A stretch of 64,000 bases of DNA, taken from contig CAWGMQ010000006.1 of the NCBI GenBank assembly GCA_963823665.1, positions 288,001 through 352,000 of the forward strand. The letters are read 5' to 3'. The position numbers and the translations under genes are program-made. Shown in pieces: positions 1-9,900 of the stretch. The notes beneath the pieces were generated by a model. It was not told where the DNA came from and did not search any database. It saw only the letters and a program-made list of their open reading frames with translations. Source of the DNA: an uncultured Planctomycetota bacterium. GTDB lineage: Bacteria; Planctomycetota; Planctomycetia; Isosphaerales; Isosphaeraceae. Position 1 is the first letter of the stretch; the number at the start of each line of letters is the position of its first letter.

Positions 1-385
1 ATCCGTTATGGGATCGGGAATTGGATTGAGACGGCGTTGGACGAGGAGAGCATCGTCGAATGCCGACAAGACGATTCAACCCGATTGGTTGCGCTTGCTC
101 GAAGAGCCGCGGGATATCCCGGGCTCCCTGGATGATTCGGATTAATTCAATCCCGTCTTTGATGGGTCGATAGAATACGGCGTAGTTCCACACCGCGAAA
201 TGCCTGAGATTCGGTGCATATTCCTCAGAACGTGCTCCGATTTGAGGATGCTCGGCGTGAAGCTCGCATGTCCGCTCAAACTTGGTCGCGAAGCGGTCCG
301 CGGCGTCGGTCCGCTGGCTGTCCAGATATTCGAGGATTCCTTCCAGGTCTTCCTGGGCCTGTTCCGAGCGGATGACTCGGGCCAT
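1..385 (-). CDS. parE: ParE/RelE-family type II toxin (runs off the left edge of the window)
   Basis: Manual translation from ATG at 385: MARVIRSEQAQEDLEGILEYLDSQRTDAADRF...HPQIG...NYAVFYRPIKDGIELIRIIQGARDIPRLF. The start overlaps the antitoxin stop (TGATG). No stop codon before position 1. Confidence 0.8.
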   Translation of the reverse strand, partial: MARVIRSEQAQEDLEGILEYLDSQRTDAADRFATKFERTCELHAEHPQIGARSEEYAPNLRHFAVWNYAVFYRPIKDGIELIRIIQGARDIPRLFEQAQPIGLNRLVGIRRCSPRPTPSQSNSRSHNG

Positions 386-654
386 CACACTCCTCCGCTG
401 CCGTTCCGTCGGCGACTGCGGACCTTCGCAAGCGTTCCCTGGACATCCAACGGCGCGACTTCGCCGCGGTCGGCCTGGTCGATGCCGATTTGAATTGTTC
501 TCCGAACCTCGTCGAACTTCATCGCCTGAAGCTTGTCACGCTCCTCAAGAAGCCGAAGGGCCTCCCGCACGACTTCGCTAGCCGAGAGATACAAGCCGGT
601 CTCGACCTTCTTGTGAATCAATTGTTCGAGCTCTGGTGTGAGTGACACATTCAT
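385..654 (-). CDS. parD: ParD-family (CopG/Arc/MetJ ribbon-helix-helix) antitoxin
   Basis: MNVSLTPELEQLIHKKVETGLYLSASEVVREALRLLEERD is the typical ParD-like N-terminus. GGAGG RBS at 661-665. Confidence 0.85.
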   Translation of the reverse strand: MNVSLTPELEQLIHKKVETGLYLSASEVVREALRLLEERDKLQAMKFDEVRRTIQIGIDQADRGEVAPLDVQGTLAKVRSRRRNGSGGV

Positions 655-1447
655 GGGATACCTCCTTCGCTGGTCGGAGTCGAACCTCGACTCCACAATA
701 GCCGGAGTAGCGAACTTTGTCAAAGTTCGCTATCGACGAGGCGAGTTGGCACTGAGATCCGGCCACGTTCCGCTTGCGCAAGAAGTCGGCGATGGGGGCA
801 TGGCGCCGGCCGGTTGAGCAGCCTTGCACAATGGGAGCTCAACGGCGCCGCACGCCGCCGGGACGGTGCGCGTGGTTACCAGGCCCACGCCAGCGCGGCT
901 CGGCGGAAGCCTCGCACTTCCGGTTGCCCACTTGCCGGCATTTTCTTCACTCGGCGGGGCGAGCAACGGGGACGTGAAGCGCTCTTCAAAGACAGCAATC
1001 GTCTTGTCAGGTTTCTCATTGTTAAGCTCGGCACTCTTCGACCCGGTACGGGCGAGTGCAGCATTAGATGTAAATGTCAACACGAAAAAAAAGAGCCTAA
1101 TTCCTTTGCTCGCCTGGATGTGCGATTTACGGAAATTGGAAAATCGCGCATTGAAGTTGCCGGAGCGAAAAACCGGTGCATACTCTTCATTGGGAAAAGT
1201 GCGGCCCGTGCGCGGGCCGGGCTGGTGGCTTCGCGATGTTGCGAACTGTCGGGACCAACTAGCCGGTTGGCTCCTGGCTCAAGACCCCATCCCATCAGAG
1301 TTCAGGTCTTCAAGCCTCTTTCATTCCAGAGTGTGCAAGCCAGTGCAGTATTGTCTCGAAAACCCGCCGCGCTTGGCGTATCGTAAGCGGATCGGGGATT
1401 CACACGCCCCTGGCCCGCGGTTTCACTATTGATCGAAGGAACAGGCG

Positions 1448-2392
1448 ATGAGCCCTATGTCGCAGAATGATAAACAACCGGAACAGACCAATCGCAGGGC
1501 GATGCTCAGGAGTTCGGCCGGCGCGGCCGTGCTGGGCATGACGGCCCTTTCCAACAACAACCTGCGCGCGCAGGACCAACCACCCGCGGAGCACATCGTG
1601 AAAAACGGCCGTATCAAACAATCGATCGTCTACTGGTGCTTCGAGAAGCACTGGACCATGGAGCAGGCGGCCAAGGCGGCCAAGGACCTGGGCTGCCTGA
1701 GCATCGAGCTGGTCGCCCCCAAGTTCTTCCCGACACTCAAGCAGAATGGGCTCACGTGCGCAATTGGCACCATCGATATGGGCGCGGACCCGCCGTTTGT
1801 GAAGGGATTCAATAACCCCAAGTACCGCGAACAAGTGGTCAAGGCGACCACCGACGCCATCGACGCCTGCGCTGACTTTGGGTGCAAGAACGTGATCTCG
1901 TTCACCGGCATGCGCGAAGGCATTCCCGACGACCAGGGCGCGGCCAACTGTGTCGAGGGATACAAGCAGGTCGTGGGTCATGCCGAACAGAAAGGCGTGA
2001 CGCTCTGCCTCGAGATGCTCAACTCGCGCGTGAGCACGCACCCCATGAAGGGCCACCCGGGCTATCAGGGCGACCATACCGAGTACTGCATCGACATCAT
2101 CAAGCGCGTGGGCTCGCCCAACCTGAAGCTGCTCTTCGACATTTACCACGTCCAGATCATGGACGGCGACGTCATCAGCCGCATTCGCCAGCACAAAGAC
2201 TTTATCGCGCATATCCACACCGCCGGCAACCCGGGCCGCGGCGAGCTGGATGGCGATCAAGAAATCAACTACCCGCCGATCATGAAGGCCCTGCTGGAAA
2301 TCGGCTATAGCGGCTTCGTGGGACAGGAATTCATACCCACGAGAGACCCGCTGGACGGGCTGCGGCACGCTGTTGCGCTCTGCGACGTGTGA
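1448..2392 (+). CDS. Hydroxypyruvate isomerase / AP-endonuclease-2-like TIM-barrel protein with Tat-type signal
   Basis: TNRRAML twin-arginine leader. Motifs LEMLNS, LLFDIYHVQI, HIHTAGNPGRGE, GQEF. Confidence 0.85.
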   Translation: MSPMSQNDKQPEQTNRRAMLRSSAGAAVLGMTALSNNNLRAQDQPPAEHIVKNGRIKQSIVYWCFEKHWTMEQAAKAAKDLGCLSIELVAPKFFPTLKQNGLTCAIGTIDMGADPPFVKGFNNPKYREQVVKATTDAIDACADFGCKNVISFTGMREGIPDDQGAANCVEGYKQVVGHAEQKGVTLCLEMLNSRVSTHPMKGHPGYQGDHTEYCIDIIKRVGSPNLKLLFDIYHVQIMDGDVISRIRQHKDFIAHIHTAGNPGRGELDGDQEINYPPIMKALLEIGYSGFVGQEFIPTRDPLDGLRHAVALCDV

Positions 2393-2606
2393 CGAGCACC
2401 CGCGCGGTTCGCGGCCGGCCCGGAGATTAGCTCCACGGCTGGTCCGCGGACGCGGGAGCGTGGGGCCCTGGCGCGTGCTCGATTGTGCTCACGCTGCGGG
2501 CCACAACTCTGGTCACAAAAGATTTCGCTCCCTGGTGCTGTTTCGTGATTACACTACGGGATGTCTTGCGCGCTGTGCATGTTCAATCCCCGGGCGGGAC
2601 TCTGAG

Positions 2607-4292
2607 ATGGCCAAAAGAAAACCGAAGGAACCCGAGCCGGGCGATGCGGAGCCGGTTTCGGCGGAAGAGGAGGCGGCTTCGCGCGGCGATCACCCAGACG
2701 AATCCGCGACCAAGCCTGGCGAATCATTCGACGACTCCACCCAGCAAGGCAGGCTGGATAAGAGTGACCCCGGCGAGAAAGGATTCACGCCGGAAGTCCT
2801 CGACAAGACGATCATCGCGATTCCGCTCCTCAAGGACCTCAAGAAAGAAGATGACGAAGCGAAGAAAACCGGTCAAACCGCGGCGACCAAGGCCGCGCTG
2901 CATCCGGTGATCATCGACCTGAATCTCCTGTATCCGGTCAACGGGCGAAAAGGCGCGCGAAAGAGGGTGGAGGAGCTTGTCCCGAAGGCGGTTGCCCTTA
3001 CCGGGGGAGACTCGGACGAGGAGGGCATCAACGTCGATAAGAGCAAGCTCAGCGAGCAATACCTCTTCTGCCGTTTGTCAGGCGCGACCATTCGCAAGCT
3101 GGTGGTCCTCGATAACCCTCCGAAACGCAGCGCCGGCGCGGGTGCGCACGGAAATGCGATCTATCACATCTGGCCGGACTTTCGCATCAAGGGGCTCATC
3201 AACAAATCGATCAGCACGGTGAAGGCAGACGCGGCCCATCGGTCTTTCTCGGCACTGGGCGAGAACATCGTCTGGGCCGTGATTGATTCGGGGATCGACT
3301 CCAAGCACCCCCATTTTGCGAAGCACGGCAATTGCACGTTCGATGAAACGATCGAAGCCATAGACTTCACGACTGTCGGCAAGAAAAAAGGCAATGCATA
3401 TCGCGATGTCTACGGGCACGGAACTCACGTCGCCGGCATCATCGCCGGTTGGAGCGGCGCGTCGGAGCAAGAGCCCATCAAGGTCACGTGCCGGCACCGC
3501 GACGAGCGAGGTGAAGTCGCGAGAGAAAGCCAGACGATCAAGTCTCCCATCTCGGGAATGGCGCCGCACTGCAAACTGCTTTCACTCAAGGTGCTGGACG
3601 ACAAGGGGAACGGTGAGGTCAGCAGTGTGATCGCGGCGCTCGAGCACATTCAGGAGATCAACGGTCACGGCCGGCGCATCCGGGTGCACGGGGTGAATCT
3701 GAGCGTCGGATACGACTTCGAGCCCGAGTGGTTTGCGTGTGGTCAAAGCCCGCTTTGCGTCGAAGTCAACCGGCTGGTCAAGTCGGGCGTTGTTGTGGTG
3801 GCCGCGGCCGGCAATTCGGGATATGGCTCAATCCTGCCGCAATTCCCCGGCCGTGTGAACTCGGCCGGAATCGAGCTGACGATCAACGACCCGGGCAACG
3901 CCGACCTGGCGATCACCGTCGGCTCCACGCACCGCGACATGCCGCACATCTATGGCGTCTCGTATTTCTCGTCGAAAGGGCCGACCGGTGACGGCCGTTA
4001 CAAGCCCGACATCGTTGCGCCCGGCGAGAAGATCATTTCGTGCTGCTCCAAAGACGAGGATTTGGGCGAACACCACAAAGGCGAACACTACAAAGAAGAA
4101 AGCGGCACCAGCATGGCCGCGCCGCACGTCTCGGGCGTGATTGCCGCGTTTCTTTCGATACGCAGCGAATACATCGGCTCGCCGGAGGAGGTGAAGCGGA
4201 TCTTCCTCGCAACGGCCACCGACTTGAATCGCACCCCGTACTATCAGGGGAAAGGATTGGTGGACCTGATGCGGGCTATCCAGTCGGTCTAG
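2607..4292 (+). CDS. S8 (subtilisin-like) serine protease, no signal peptide
   Basis: Catalytic triad motifs AVIDSGID, HGTHVAGII and SGTSMAAPHV; oxyanion motif AAAGNSG. Charged, non-hydrophobic N-terminus starting at ATG 2607. Confidence 0.92.
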   Translation: MAKRKPKEPEPGDAEPVSAEEEAASRGDHPDESATKPGESFDDSTQQGRLDKSDPGEKGFTPEVLDKTIIAIPLLKDLKKEDDEAKKTGQTAATKAALHPVIIDLNLLYPVNGRKGARKRVEELVPKAVALTGGDSDEEGINVDKSKLSEQYLFCRLSGATIRKLVVLDNPPKRSAGAGAHGNAIYHIWPDFRIKGLINKSISTVKADAAHRSFSALGENIVWAVIDSGIDSKHPHFAKHGNCTFDETIEAIDFTTVGKKKGNAYRDVYGHGTHVAGIIAGWSGASEQEPIKVTCRHRDERGEVARESQTIKSPISGMAPHCKLLSLKVLDDKGNGEVSSVIAALEHIQEINGHGRRIRVHGVNLSVGYDFEPEWFACGQSPLCVEVNRLVKSGVVVVAAAGNSGYGSILPQFPGRVNSAGIELTINDPGNADLAITVGSTHRDMPHIYGVSYFSSKGPTGDGRYKPDIVAPGEKIISCCSKDEDLGEHHKGEHYKEESGTSMAAPHVSGVIAAFLSIRSEYIGSPEEVKRIFLATATDLNRTPYYQGKGLVDLMRAIQSV

Positions 4293-4388
4293 CGGCTGGA
4301 TGGTCAGGAGCTTGCGAGCGATCACATATTGCGGCCGGGTGCGGCCCAGGTGATCAAGCCGTTCTTTGATGGACTAAAGGAGATCATC

Positions 4389-5809
4389 ATGCCTGCAGTC
4401 GCGAATTTATCAGGGTTTCCATGTTATGAAGTTCAGTTCAAGAAGGACGGCAGCTTGAACGACGGCGCTGACCTGGACGGGCCTGTCGCGTTTATCAAGA
4501 ACAAAGAAATCACCGATCTATTCGTGATCTCTCACGGGTGGAACAACGATATGAAGGATGCCCGGGCGCTTTACAAGAACTTCTTCGCCGTCCTGCGAAA
4601 GGCTCTCGACGGCGACCAGGCGCCGCTCGAGCGCGGCCGGAAGTTCGGCGTGCTCGCGATACTCTGGCCGTCGAAGCGATTTGCCGAAAAGGCGCTCATC
4701 CCGGGCGGCGCGGCCGCGGCGAGCTCGAAGGCGAGTGCGAAGCTCGTCAAGGAACACATTGATTCACTTAAAGGATTCTTCGACGCGCCCGGGGCCGACC
4801 TTGCCCTCGAGAAGGCGAAGGAGCTGGTGCTCGATCTCGAAGACAGCGCGAGAGCTTGCGCGAATTTGCTCGCCTGATTCGCTCGGCCCTGCCGGCTGCC
4901 GGCGACGATCCGGAAGGAGCCCTGGATCACTTCATCGCGGCGGAGGGTGACTCGCTCATGGTGCGGCTCAAAGAGCCGATCGTGGTGCTTCAGGGGAAGC
5001 AAGCCGGAAAGGGTGGCGCTGCGAATCTTCTGGGGGACGCGGCGTGCGCGGCGGGCAACGCAATCGTCGATGCCGGCAAGGGGATGGCTGCCGCGGCGGG
5101 CCGGCTGCTCAATCTCACCACCTATTATCAGATGAAGGAGCGCGCAGAGATCGTCGGTCGGGGTGGCGTCTACCAGATTCTGCGGAAGATTCGCGACGCC
5201 AAGTTGAAGGTCCGTCTTCATCTTGCCGGGCACAGCTTCGGTGGGCGGCTGGTGACCTCGGCGGCGCTCGGGCCGCCGGGCGGGCCCGCGATCAAGCCGG
5301 AGACGATGATGCTCATGCAGGCTGCGTTTTCCCATAACGGTTTTGCAGCGAAATATGATGGAAAGAACGACGGTTTCTTCCGGCAGGTGGTCGCCGCGAA
5401 GCGAGTGAACGGCCCGATCTTGATCACGCACACCGCGAATGACAAAGCGGTGGGAATCGCGTATGCGCTTGCCTCGCGAATCTCGGGCGTGACGGGCGCG
5501 GCCCTGGGGGATGCGAGCGACATTTACGGCGGCATCGGCCGCAACGGGGCCGTCAAGACGAAGGAAGCAAAGTTCCTCGAGCTCGGCGAGGTCGGCACCG
5601 ATTATGATTTCGCCCCCGGAGTTCTCTATAACCTGCACGCCGACGTCATAGCCGAGCACAGCGACATCTGCAAGGCACCGGTCGTCGCCGCTTTGCTCGC
5701 GGCGGTTGCGAAGAGCGGGCCGCTTGCAAAGAGCGCACCAGCCGCGGCCTCCGCGCCCAAGAAAACAAAACCGCGAGCGACCAAGCGCGCTTCGTCTGCA
5801 ACCCGTTGA
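4389..5809 (+). CDS. Alpha/beta-fold hydrolase (one frameshift near 4860)
   Basis: AAGGAG RBS. ISHGWNND in the first frame; nucleophile elbow GHSFGG, NDKAV and EHSDI in the second frame (ORFs 4329..4877 and 4856..5809 join). Confidence 0.75.
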
Positions 5810-5897
5810 GTCGGTGGTTGCCAGGACTTATGATCAGTGTTTGGTCCGATTCATCGGTGCGCGTGTTCTTCGAAGCCAAAGTTGAGATCGAGTTGCC

Positions 5898-6908
5898 ATG
5901 AAGCATCCGGAGTCGAAATCAGACTACAGGATGGTGCTGGATCCGTTGCTCGAAGGAAAGGTTGTTCCCTTCATCGGGGCGGGCGTCAACCTGTGCGGAA
6001 GGCCGCGCGACCCGGATGACGAGACGAAATTTGTTCCGTGGGAGGGTAAGTATATCCCGAGCGGCTGGGAGCTCACGGAGTACCTGGTCGAAACGTACAA
6101 CTATCCCAGGGACGAGCCACGTGATCTGTTGCGCGTGTCGCAGTACGTGGCTGTCAAGAACGGTACCGGGCCGCTTTATGAAAGGTTGCATGACGTGCTG
6201 GTGAAGGGAGACTTTCCAATCACGGCGGTGCATCAGTTCCTGGCGCGCTTACCTGCCGCGAGTAGTGCGGCGAGAAACAAGAGGCGCGACCCCAAGAAGG
6301 TGTATCCTCTGATCATCACGACCAATTATGACGACGTGATGGAGCGCGCGTTCGACGAGGTGGGCGAGCCTTATGATCTGGTGTTTTACGCGGCGCAAGG
6401 GAACGAGAAGGAGAGGTTCTTGCACCGCGCACCAGGTGAGGAACCTCGTCCGATCCTCATAGCGAACAACTATCAAATCGAAGTCGACGGCCGAGCGTGC
6501 ATTCTGCTGGACCAGCGTCCGGTGATCCTCAAGATCCACGGGGCGGTGGACCGGCGGTCCCCGGACCGGGACAGTTACGTGATCACCGAGGATGACTACA
6601 TCGACTACTTGACGCTGCCCCCTCTGACTACCTTGCTGCCCGTTCCCTTACCCGCGCGGTTGGCTCACTGCCATTTCCTGTTCCTGGGCTACAGCCTGGC
6701 GGACTGGAACATGCGCGCGTTTTTCCGCCGGATCTGGAAAGACGCAAAGCTCAGCTACAGGTCGTGGGCAGTGGAAATCCTCAACCGGAAGATCGATCAG
6801 ATGTTCTGGAGAGAGCGGAACGTGGACGTGATCGTCTCGAGTCTGGAGGATTATTTTGCCGATCTGACGGAGCTTCTCGAGTCCCCTGCGGCGGGTCCAA
6901 CTCCATGA
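5898..6908 (+). CDS. Stand-alone SIR2-like (SIR2_2 type) protein, putative NADase
   Basis: Motifs PFIGAGV, IITTNYDD, ILKIHG and FLFLGYSLADWN. Confidence 0.88.
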   Translation: MKHPESKSDYRMVLDPLLEGKVVPFIGAGVNLCGRPRDPDDETKFVPWEGKYIPSGWELTEYLVETYNYPRDEPRDLLRVSQYVAVKNGTGPLYERLHDVLVKGDFPITAVHQFLARLPAASSAARNKRRDPKKVYPLIITTNYDDVMERAFDEVGEPYDLVFYAAQGNEKERFLHRAPGEEPRPILIANNYQIEVDGRACILLDQRPVILKIHGAVDRRSPDRDSYVITEDDYIDYLTLPPLTTLLPVPLPARLAHCHFLFLGYSLADWNMRAFFRRIWKDAKLSYRSWAVEILNRKIDQMFWRERNVDVIVSSLEDYFADLTELLESPAAGPTP

Positions 6909-9900
6909 CGGACACGGGAAGTGCTGGCACCGTTGAGAGGCCCTTCGTCGGGCTGGCGCCATTCGCCGAGGGTGACGCGCGCTACTTCTTCGGCCGTGAC
7001 ACGGATCGGGCAGTGATCACGTCAAACCTGGTTGCCTCGCGGTTGACTGTACTCTACGGGCCCAGCGGGTGCGGCAAGAGCTCGTTGCTCGACGCGGGTG
7101 TCGTGAACCAGGTCAACAACATGGTCGTGCCGCGGCAGACTGCCGAAATAGGCAAGCCCGAGTTTGTGGTCGTGAGCTTTCACGAGTGGCGCGACCGCCC
7201 GCGGGATGCGCTGCTCGAGCGATTGCGGGCGCGCATCGAAGCCGTGGTGGGTCGAGCCATCGAGCCGCCGGGGCAAGACTTGCTGGCCGATGTTCTCGCT
7301 TCATGGTCGAGTGAGGTCAGCGGGGCGCTTTTGCTCGTGCTGGACCAGTTCGAGGATTACTTTCTTTATCACGGGCGGAAGGTGGTGGAGGGGAAGTTCG
7401 CGCACGAGCTCTCTGGCGCGATCAACCGCAGCGGTCTGCGGGCAAACTTCCTGATTTCGATTCGCGAAGACTCTCTGGCACAGCTCGACGCCTTCCAGGG
7501 GCACGTACAGAATCTGCTATCGAACACCCTTCGCCTCGACCGGCTCGACCAGAAGCGGGGCCGTGAGACGATCGTCGGGCCGATCGAGCGGTACAACGAG
7601 CTGCGCGGGAACGGCGCCCCGAAGATCACGATCGAGCCGGAGCTGGTTAACGCCGTGCTGCACGCGGTGAAGGCGGGGTCGATCAACCTCGATACCACGG
7701 GCCGCGGACGTGTGGACCAGCGTGATGAGTCGGGTGAAGATGCCGGCTCGATCGAGACAGCCTACCTGCAACTCGTCATGAGGCGGCTGTGGGAGGCCGA
7801 GATCGCCGCCGAATCACACGTGCTGCGAATGGCGACGTTCGATGCCTTGGGCCGTGCGCAACGGATCGTCGGAACGCATCTTGATACGGTGATGAAGTCC
7901 TTCGACACCGAGCGGCGCGGCATTGCTGCGGAGCTTTTTCGCTACCTGGTGACGCCGACGGGTACCAAGATCGCGCTCTCCTTGAACGACCTGGCGGGCC
8001 TGACCGGGCTGTCGGGAGAGGCCGTCGCTCCGGTGCTGGAGCAGCTTGGCTCGCCGCGTGTGAGAGTGCTGCGCGAGGTCAAGGGACCGATCGACGATCA
8101 GGCGACGCACCGGCACGAGATCTACCATGATGTCCTGGCGGGTGTGGTCCTCGACTGGAGGCGGAGGTATTCGACCGAGCGGGCCAAAAAAAGAGTGCGC
8201 CGGAACATTCTGCTTGTCAGCTCGGGCGTGCTGGTGGCATTGATCCTGCTCTTCAGCGTCCTCGAGGCAAGATACAAGGAACGAATTGCCGAGGAGAGAG
8301 CGACACTCGACGCGAAGGAGCGGGAGCTGACGGCCGTCGCGAACACGAGAATTGCCAAGGCCGAGTCCGAGGCCGCACAATCGAGCGTGCTCGCGACGGG
8401 TGCCGCGCTCGTCCTCGGTGACGACCCCGATCTGAGTCTGGCGCTGGCGCTGGCCGCAATCGGGTCTCACAGGTCTCCGACTGCGGAACGCGCCTTGCGG
8501 CAGGCGCTGGCAGCGGCTCGCGTGCGCCAGGTCGTGGGCAAGGCCGGCGGAAGCAAGCTGGTGTCGGTCGCGTACAGCCCGGATGGCCGGCAATTCGCCA
8601 CGGCGGGGGAGGATGGCAAGGCCGAGCTCTGGGACACGGCCTCCGGCGCTCCGGTGGGAAGAATCGACAACGTCGCGATCAGAGGCGCGAGCCTCGCAGC
8701 GCTTCAGTTTGTCGGCGAGGGCCAATACTTCGCCACCGTTGACGTCGGCGGGAACGTGGCTGTCTTCGACCTCTCTTCGCCGGGTATGAAGCTCGAAAGA
8801 GTCATCGGGCCTCCGAAGAGCACGAGGATGCTTGCGCTTTCATTCGCCGGCGCCGCAGCCCGAGTTGCCGTAGCGACTGATGACAAGGCCATCCGTTGCT
8901 GGGAACTTCCGTCGGGAAAGCCGCTTGTCGACAAGATTCACCCGAGCGATTCGGTAAAGGCGCTCATGCTCAGTCCGGATGGCGAGAAGCTCGCGATCGG
9001 ACTGGAAGCAGCCGCCGCGAATGGACCTGGGCACCCGGGCGGCGCGCGGGTTGGCACCGGCGACGGCGCTGGCGTGGGCGACTCGCACACGGGCGATCGA
9101 TCGACTGTGCGGATCGTCGAGCTTTCCGATCCCGATGCAGGGGCGAGCCTGAGCGAGACGGCGACAGTCACCGCCCTGGCCTTCGACCCAGACGGCAAGC
9201 GACTCGCGGTGGGCACACGCGTGGAGCAGTCGGGCGTGACGGCCCTCTCCCCCTTGCGGCTCTGGAGTTTGCAGAACAAGGCATGGCGCCACGGAGCGAA
9301 CATCCAGGGCCGGTTTGAACCCGCGGTCGTCGAATTCAACCCAACGGGGACGCTCCTGGCCACCGGCGGCAAGGATGGGTTCGCACAACTTTGGGACGCG
9401 AACCTCGGCTACCCTCGGGGCACGCTGAACTGTCAGTCTCCGATCACGCAGGTGGCATTCAGCCCGGACGGTGAACGAGTTCTCCTCGCGTCCGAGGATT
9501 TGTCGGTACGGATCTGGCCCGTCGGCACGAACGGCTCGCTGCTGGTGCTTCGTGGGCACAGGAACGATGTTCTGGATGCGGTGTTCGCGCCGGACGGTCA
9601 GACGATCGCGACCGCCAGCGCAGACGGAACTGCGCGAATATGGAATGCGTCTGCTGAATCTCCATCAATCGCACTCCCCGCCCCGGCAGCGCCGTGGACT
9701 AACGCCGTCTTCACCCCCGACAGCAAGCGCGTGATCCTGGCGGGAGCCGACAATCAATTGCGGATGGTGGAAACGACCACGGGCCAGGTCGTCGGCGAGC
9801 CGCACCCGCACCCCGCGCCGGTGATCGCCATGGACCTGAGCACAGATGGGTCGAGGCTGGCCACGGCGGGTGGTGACAGGATTGCACGGGTGTGGAATCT

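Noticed and set aside
730..1432. Several overlapping 100-200 aa ORFs between parD and the isomerase
   Set aside because: No recognisable motifs, RBS or consistent codon bias; treated as intergenic.
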